Below, piece after piece: positions 59,020-64,000 of a stretch of 64,000 bases of DNA. The position numbers and the translations under genes were made by a program. The stretch lies in the NCBI GenBank assembly GCA_050122475.1, contig JASFIV010000002.1, forward strand, positions 129-64,128, in the 5' to 3' direction. The notes beneath the pieces were generated by a model. The model did no database searches and was not told the origin of the DNA. It was given only the letters and a program-made list of their open reading frames with translations. The stretch is from Desulfobacterales bacterium. Lineage in GTDB: Bacteria; Desulfobacterota; Desulfobacteria; Desulfobacterales; JAHEIW01. Position 1 is the first letter of the stretch. Every line of letters starts with the position of its first letter.

Positions 59020-59170
59020 ATCCGAAATTCGAATCTCGAAATTCGAAACAATATCGAATTACCCAAAATTCAAAATCTAAAATATTTGCATTTCCTCATC
59101 AGATCTTTTTGAACATTTGAACATTGGTTATTTGGATTTATTTCGGATTTCGTGCTTAGGATTTAACATT
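59020..59170. repeat. Word-repeat spacer (CGAAATT/AATTCGA and TTTCGGATTT words) inside the beta-oxidation operon
   Basis: AAATCCGAAATTCGAATCTCGAAATTCGAAACAATATCGAATT...TTTGGATTTATTTCGGATTTCGTGCTTAGGATTT. The words are shared with 40586-40635 and 20544-20577. Confidence 0.7.
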
Positions 59171-59216
59171 TGCTATAAGAAATAACTCAGTCTTTCAATC
59201 CAGGGGAGGTAAAAAT

Positions 59217-60395
59217 ATGAGAGATGCCTATATTGTGACATCGATTAGGACACCGGGGTGTAAGAGAAGCAAAGGGGCCTTTAAGGATACGCGGCCGGAA
59301 GACTTGCTGTCTTTTATTTTAACTGCAGCTGTAGAGCAAACCAAAGGACTTGAAAAAAAGGATGTCGAAGACATCATGATCGGCTGCTCGTTTCCCGAAG
59401 CCGAGCAGGGCCTGAATATCGGGCGAATCGCATCTCAAATTGCCGGATTTCCGGTTGATGTGACCGGAGCGACCGTCAACCGCTTTTGCGCCTCGGGTCT
59501 GGAGGCCATTGCCCAATGCGCCTTACGCGTCATGTCCGGTTGGTCGGATATTGTCATCGGCGGCGGCCTAGAATCCATGACCTATGTCCCCATGGGCGGC
59601 AATCTCCCGCGTCCGCATCCGGAATACACCCAAAAAATGGCCGATCTGTATGCGTCCATGGGCATTACCGCTGAAAACGTGGCCAACCGCTACGATGTCT
59701 CCCGGGAAGCCCAGGATGAGTTTGCCTATCAATCCCAGATGAAAGCAGCCGAAGCCAAAAACAAAAACCTGTTTAAAGAGCTTGTGCCCACTCCGGCCAC
59801 CCGCTACGTCCCCCAAAAAGATGGGACCTATAAAAAAGAAACCTTTATGCAGGATTTTGATGACGGCATCCGGGAAGATACAACCCTGGAGGGGCTGGCC
59901 GGTCTCAATCCGGTATTTGCCGCCGGAGGATCGGTTACCGCCGGCAACTCTTCCCAGATGACCGACGGGGCTGCGGCCAGTGTGATTATGAGCGAAGACA
60001 AGGTCAAAGCGCTGGGTGTCCTGCCGATTGCCAAGTTTAAGGCTTATACCACCGTGGGCTGCAAACCGGATGAAATGGGCATCGGACCGGCGTTGGCCAT
60101 CCCCAAACTGATGAAAATGACCGGTATGGATTTAAAAGACATCGGGTTGTTTGAAATCAATGAGGCTTTTGCCTCCCAGGCCCTTTACTGTGTTAATCAG
60201 CTGGGGATCGATCAGCAAATCGTCAACATCCACGGCGGCGCTATTGCCCTGGGGCATCCGCTGGGGTGCACCGGCGCCAAGCTATGCGCCACGCTGCTGA
60301 GCAATATGCGACAGCGCGGAGCAAAATATGGTGTCGAATCCATGTGTGTCGGCGGCGGCATGGGCGCCGCGGCCCTGTTTGAAATGTGTGACTGA
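59217..60395 (+). CDS. Acetyl-CoA C-acyltransferase (thiolase)
   Basis: 392 aa with active-site Cys context NRFCASGLEA and C-terminal NIHGGAIALGHPLGCTGAKL and CVGGGMG. Confidence 0.94.
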   Translation: MRDAYIVTSIRTPGCKRSKGAFKDTRPEDLLSFILTAAVEQTKGLEKKDVEDIMIGCSFPEAEQGLNIGRIASQIAGFPVDVTGATVNRFCASGLEAIAQCALRVMSGWSDIVIGGGLESMTYVPMGGNLPRPHPEYTQKMADLYASMGITAENVANRYDVSREAQDEFAYQSQMKAAEAKNKNLFKELVPTPATRYVPQKDGTYKKETFMQDFDDGIREDTTLEGLAGLNPVFAAGGSVTAGNSSQMTDGAAASVIMSEDKVKALGVLPIAKFKAYTTVGCKPDEMGIGPALAIPKLMKMTGMDLKDIGLFEINEAFASQALYCVNQLGIDQQIVNIHGGAIALGHPLGCTGAKLCATLLSNMRQRGAKYGVESMCVGGGMGAAALFEMCD

Positions 60396-60423
60396 TGCTT
60401 TGGTGGAGACAATCTGATGAATG

Positions 60424-60453
60424 AAAAAGGCTGCCCGCTCGGGCAGCCTTTTT
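60424..60453. terminator. Bidirectional Rho-independent terminator between convergent genes
   Basis: AAAAA-GGCTGCCC-GCTC-GGGCAGCC-TTTTT. Confidence 0.8.
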
Positions 60454-60478
60454 AATGTGATTTGCAAGAGTTGTTCTT

Positions 60479-61138
60479 TTAGGACTTGTGCTCAGATGCG
60501 ACCTTTAAAAAAATATCCCTATTGTCCCAGTTCATTTCTAAGAGCGCGGCAACATCTGTATCCGCGTCATTAAAATGAACTGAAGTGACGGCGGCTTTTA
60601 AATCCTCAGCGTTGCGCTTCACAAAATGATCAAACACATGGCTTTCAATTCGAATTCCCTTTTTGAGCAGTTCCGGCCCCAGTTCCTTGGCGACCATGTT
60701 AAAGAGCTTTAAAACAATCTCTCCCCCGCCTTTCACTACTAAATCATCTGTTTTGGTGTACGAGATACTGCTGCGCAATGCAGCATAGAAGCCACCCTTG
60801 CGAAAAGTAATCCCGACCAGGCCCGGCATTGCGGCCGACAAAGCCAGTTTTGAGCCACTCGCGACGATCGCTGTATCCACATCATCCACTGCCTTTCCAT
60901 CTAAAAAAATCGTCTGGATTCTATGATCGACATAATCCTCGGAAATACCAAGCTGATCGCAGAGCAATTCCTTGATAGTGACACTTTTGTTGATTTGAAG
61001 CTTGCAGCCGCGTTCCATCAATTTGAAAAAGCGTGCAAGCAGACCGCCATCAACGGTCAGACGAAGATGTTCTGTGGATGGACCCGAACCTCCCTTTCGG
61101 AGATTAGATCCTGAGCCATTTATACCGCTTGTCATCAT
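60479..61138 (-). CDS. Hypothetical protein downstream of aor (possible ubiquitin-like beta-grasp N-domain)
   Basis: ORF 60479-61213, with the start trimmed to ATG 61138/61135 because the TTG-initiated extension is the family-4 hairpin repeat. VTIKELLCDQLGISEDYVDHRIQTIFLDGKAV loosely recalls MoaD/ThiS-like folds, but there is no C-terminal GG. Confidence 0.5.
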   Translation of the reverse strand: MMTSGINGSGSNLRKGGSGPSTEHLRLTVDGGLLARFFKLMERGCKLQINKSVTIKELLCDQLGISEDYVDHRIQTIFLDGKAVDDVDTAIVASGSKLALSAAMPGLVGITFRKGGFYAALRSSISYTKTDDLVVKGGGEIVLKLFNMVAKELGPELLKKGIRIESHVFDHFVKRNAEDLKAAVTSVHFNDADTDVAALLEMNWDNRDIFLKVASEHKS

Positions 61139-61155
61139 AATGTTTCGAAAAAAGG

Positions 61156-61217
61156 ATGGCGCATAAGTGTTGTAGCAAAAAAACGTTACGCAAGCGGAAC
61201 GTTTTTTTGACAACCAC
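61156..61217 (+). repeat. Family-4 A/T-stem hairpin repeat, copy 2
   Basis: ATGGCGCATAAGTGTTGTAGCAAAAAAACGTTACGCAAGCGGAACGTTTTTTTGACAACCAC, in the same orientation as 56184-56247. Confidence 0.7.
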
Positions 61218-61280
61218 TATAAGTCGGCCATAAAAGGATTATCTTTCTGTAATTTACAGGTTGCGCTTAAAACGGTTACA

Positions 61281-61312
61281 GAAAAATGGGGAACCTCCAA
61301 TAGAGGCTCCCC
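61281..61312 (-). terminator. Rho-independent terminator downstream of aor
   Basis: Minus strand: GGGGAGCCTC-TATTG-GAGGTTCCCC followed by ATTTTTC. Confidence 0.65.
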
Positions 61313-61337
61313 ATTACCATGATATAGCAACGAACGG

Positions 61338-63089
61338 TTACCAGTTGTGAACCTGATCGAGGTCTTCGTCTTTAACCGTAAAAGCGATGTTGTGCGGTGC
61401 CAGTTTTTCCTTTTTGAAGTACTCTGGCAACCGATCATCTTTTTCGCTCATACCGGCAGCGAAATTAAAATCTCTTTCCATTTTCAGAATTGCTTTGCCC
61501 TGTTCGACGAGGTCGTCGCCGGTCCAGCTCTGGCCGGTAAAGGCGTTGAGCAGATCAACCAGTGCATCAAAGGTATCGGCCTGATCTAAAATCGCAAAGG
61601 CAATGAACAAACACATTCCGGTCGAGTCGGTGAGTATGGCTGTCGCAATCTGAAGATTCCTGGCAAGTTCGATCTGTCCCTCCGGCTTTAAAGGATCCAC
61701 CGATCCGCCCACATCAAGGACATTTGCCGTTACCGAGTAACCAGCAGTATGATCGGCTCCCATGGTGGTGGTGGCATACGTCACGCCAATGCCCTGGACT
61801 GTTCGCGGATCATAGGCCGGCATGGCTTGCCCTTTGACCACCGGTACGCGTTCGATACCGTAAGTTTTTCCGGTCACGGCCGCGCCGCTGCCCAGAATGC
61901 GTCCCAGGGGTGTCCCCTTGCCGATCTCCTTTACCAAATTGATGGCAGCCTCGGCATCGCCAAATTCGGCAAGGCCAGCCTCCATCGCCACACCGATGGC
62001 GGCGCCTATTTCAATCGTGTCCAACCCGTAATCATCATCCAGTCGATCGATCTGGGCGATGGCATCCAAATCATCGATACCGCAATTTCCGCCATGGGCC
62101 CAGACGGTTTCATATTCGGGTTGTTTGGACACATACTTGCCGTTTTTATCATAAAAAGTGCCCGAGCAGCGAATGACACAACCCCGGTGGCAACCGTGAG
62201 TTGAAGATCCCTTGCCGCCCCGGGCATCCTCCAATTCTGCCTGGGTTTCTCCGCTGATATTGTTGACGCCTTCAAACTGGCCTGTTTGAAAGTTATTGGT
62301 GGGATAGGCACCGGCCTCGTTGATGACATTGGTTAAAACGTTGGTTCCGTAAGTCGGAAGGGCCTCGCCGGTAAGCGCGTGTTTTTTCAGTCCGGCGACC
62401 CAGGCTTTATTGGCTTCTTTGAACGCATCCGGGTCTTTGGCCTGGCGCATTTTCGTACCGGCATCATCGATGACGATCACCTTAACACCTTTGGAGCCCA
62501 TGACCGCACCGACGCCGCCGCGGCCGGCATGGCGCGTGGGCCTTTGTTCCATATCCGTGCAGGCCACTGAAGCGGCTGCCATTTTCATTTCACCGGCCGG
62601 CCCAATGGAAATACAAGCCACCTTTTCACCGTGTTCGGCCTTGATTTTGTCGACCAGGTCGTAATTTCCGAGCGCGCACAGGCTGTTGTCTTCCTTAATG
62701 TCGACCCCATCTTTGTTAATTAAAATTTTATACAGCGTGTCAGCCTTGGGGCTGCCTTCCAGCACAATGGCAGCATAGCCCAAACGGGCAAGCATTTGTG
62801 AAGCTTGCCCACCGGCATTGGCTTCCTTGATACCGCCAGTTAACGGGCTTTTACAACCCACCGATAAGCGGCCGGACATGGCTGCTGTGGAGCCGCTCAA
62901 TAGCCCCGGAGCGATAACCAGTTTGTTATCTTCCCCCAGGGGGTGGCACAACGGAGGAACTTCTTTTGAAACGATGGCCGATGTCAGCCCGCGGCCACCA
63001 AAGCCGGCATAATCGCCGAGAGGTTCGGTTTTTACCGAAGGGCCGCCATCTGCACCCATGTTGATTCTTAGAATCTGGTCCATGTGCAC
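61338..63089 (-). CDS. aor: Aldehyde:ferredoxin oxidoreductase (tungsten/molybdopterin AOR family)
   Basis: 583 aa. The N-terminal AFOR_N-like ILRINMG...GGRGLTS...GEDNKLVIAPGLLSG and the long C-terminal AFOR_C-like region are typical. Confidence 0.9.
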   Translation of the reverse strand: MHMDQILRINMGADGGPSVKTEPLGDYAGFGGRGLTSAIVSKEVPPLCHPLGEDNKLVIAPGLLSGSTAAMSGRLSVGCKSPLTGGIKEANAGGQASQMLARLGYAAIVLEGSPKADTLYKILINKDGVDIKEDNSLCALGNYDLVDKIKAEHGEKVACISIGPAGEMKMAAASVACTDMEQRPTRHAGRGGVGAVMGSKGVKVIVIDDAGTKMRQAKDPDAFKEANKAWVAGLKKHALTGEALPTYGTNVLTNVINEAGAYPTNNFQTGQFEGVNNISGETQAELEDARGGKGSSTHGCHRGCVIRCSGTFYDKNGKYVSKQPEYETVWAHGGNCGIDDLDAIAQIDRLDDDYGLDTIEIGAAIGVAMEAGLAEFGDAEAAINLVKEIGKGTPLGRILGSGAAVTGKTYGIERVPVVKGQAMPAYDPRTVQGIGVTYATTTMGADHTAGYSVTANVLDVGGSVDPLKPEGQIELARNLQIATAILTDSTGMCLFIAFAILDQADTFDALVDLLNAFTGQSWTGDDLVEQGKAILKMERDFNFAAGMSEKDDRLPEYFKKEKLAPHNIAFTVKDEDLDQVHNW

Positions 63090-63439
63090 CTCCTTATTTT
63101 AAAATTAAATGTAGGTCACCACAGATCTGGTGTGTTTAACTGTAATTTTAGGTTAATTCTCGGTAAGACTATTCTTAATTTTCATATGCGTATTAAAAGC
63201 CAATGTCAAGATAATTACCGGTTATGGCTTGCCAAAATCACTAAAAATCAATTATATCTATTCAGCAATATAAGGATATACAGAACTCATCCCCGAAATA
63301 GGAGACGATGCTTTCCGGTTGGCCAGTTGAGCGCGTTGTTCCGCTTAGCCCGTTGCGCCCGGAAAAGGGGAAACCGGCTCATTATATTTTTTTAACAGGC
63401 GCACGGGCCATTGGGTAACGGGCTCCACCCATGCTTTTC

Positions 63440-63459
63440 AGATGCATTTTTGAGATCGG
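63440..63459 (-). repeat. Solo family-2 end motif (reverse orientation) just upstream of hisD
   Basis: AGATGCATTTTTGAGATCGG is the reverse complement of CCGATCTCAAAAATGCATCT, the family-2 left-end consensus. A nearby CCCAATGGC (on the reverse complement) also matches copy A. Confidence 0.5.
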
Positions 63460-63483
63460 TTCTAATAAGGGAAGGAAAAGCCC

Positions 63484-64000
63484 ATGAAAATTTATCACTA
63501 TCCGTCGCGCTCGGCCCAGCAGCGGGTTGCCCGCATTGTCAATCGCGGGCTGGTGTTTCAGAATAAAGACCTGGCTGCGGTACACCGCATATGTGAAAAT
63601 GTCCGCCGGCGGGGCGACCAGGCCGTTATCGCTTACACTCGCAAGTTTGACTCCAAGCGGGTGAGTATCCGATCGCTGCAGGTATCTAAAAAGGAATTTA
63701 GCAATGCCGCTAAAAAAGTAGATCAATCCTTTGCCCGGGCCTTAAACCGGGCGGCTGCCAATATTAAAAGGTTCCATGAGCAGCAGCGGCGGCGGTCCTG
63801 GATGCTAGCCGATCGACCCGGTACCCTGTTGGGCCAGCTGGTCCATCCGGTCGATGCCGCCGGCGTGTATGTGCCCGGCGCCAGGGGAGGGGAGACCCCC
63901 CTGGTATCTTCGGTGCTGATGGGCGTGATACCGGCCAAGGTTGCCGGGGTTAAACAAATAGTGATGGTGACACCGCCGACTAAAGCCGGGGGTGTCAGCC
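63484..64000 (+). CDS. hisD: Histidinol dehydrogenase (5' part, runs off the window)
   Basis: This ORF is not in the supplied track because it has no stop in the window. Hand translation from ATG 63484 gives MKIYHYPS...RRRGDQAVIAYTRKFD...ANIKRFHEQQ...GQLVHPVDAAGVYVPGARGGETPLVSSVLMGVIPAKVAGVKQIVMVTPP, a typical HisD N-terminal half. Confidence 0.88.
   Translation, partial: MKIYHYPSRSAQQRVARIVNRGLVFQNKDLAAVHRICENVRRRGDQAVIAYTRKFDSKRVSIRSLQVSKKEFSNAAKKVDQSFARALNRAAANIKRFHEQQRRRSWMLADRPGTLLGQLVHPVDAAGVYVPGARGGETPLVSSVLMGVIPAKVAGVKQIVMVTPPTKAGGVS

Overview
The window reads as a mostly housekeeping chromosomal stretch of roughly 50% GC. Its gene content fits a deltaproteobacterial, Desulfobacterales-like anaerobe: tungsten-type aldehyde:ferredoxin oxidoreductase, PPi-dependent phosphofructokinase, a sigma54/NtrC two-component pair, split glyQ/glyS and RodZ. 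This taxonomic guess is inference only.

I can support about 45 protein genes and one tRNA-Thr(CGU). They include mfd, recO, mgtE, glyQS, ligA, ftsY, smc, fabH, HU/IHF, surA-like genes, an amino-acid ABC transporter, a beta-oxidation pair, aor and the 5' part of hisD. I saw no rRNA, CRISPR array, transposase or integrase.

Three things do not look ordinary:
1. An AT-rich islet at 1894-4276 encodes a 679-aa protein with an HExxH motif N-terminal to a divergent protein-kinase-like domain, followed by a small ACT-like ORF.
2. The intergenic DNA is saturated with several families of nested inverted repeats. One family (34617-34810, 49087-49393, 52581-52872, plus short copies) shows compensatory stem changes around conserved loops, and two copies bracket a kinase/lyase gene pair. 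A second family is a ~180-nt nested palindrome (58-238 and 52940-53118). Many operon-internal spacers are built from degenerate ~7-nt words arranged as hairpins.
3. An operon joins a GcvT-like aminomethyltransferase to two paralogous CrtI-like flavoproteins.

All alignments and motif calls were made by eye from the sequence and the supplied ORF track. No database search or folding computation was possible.
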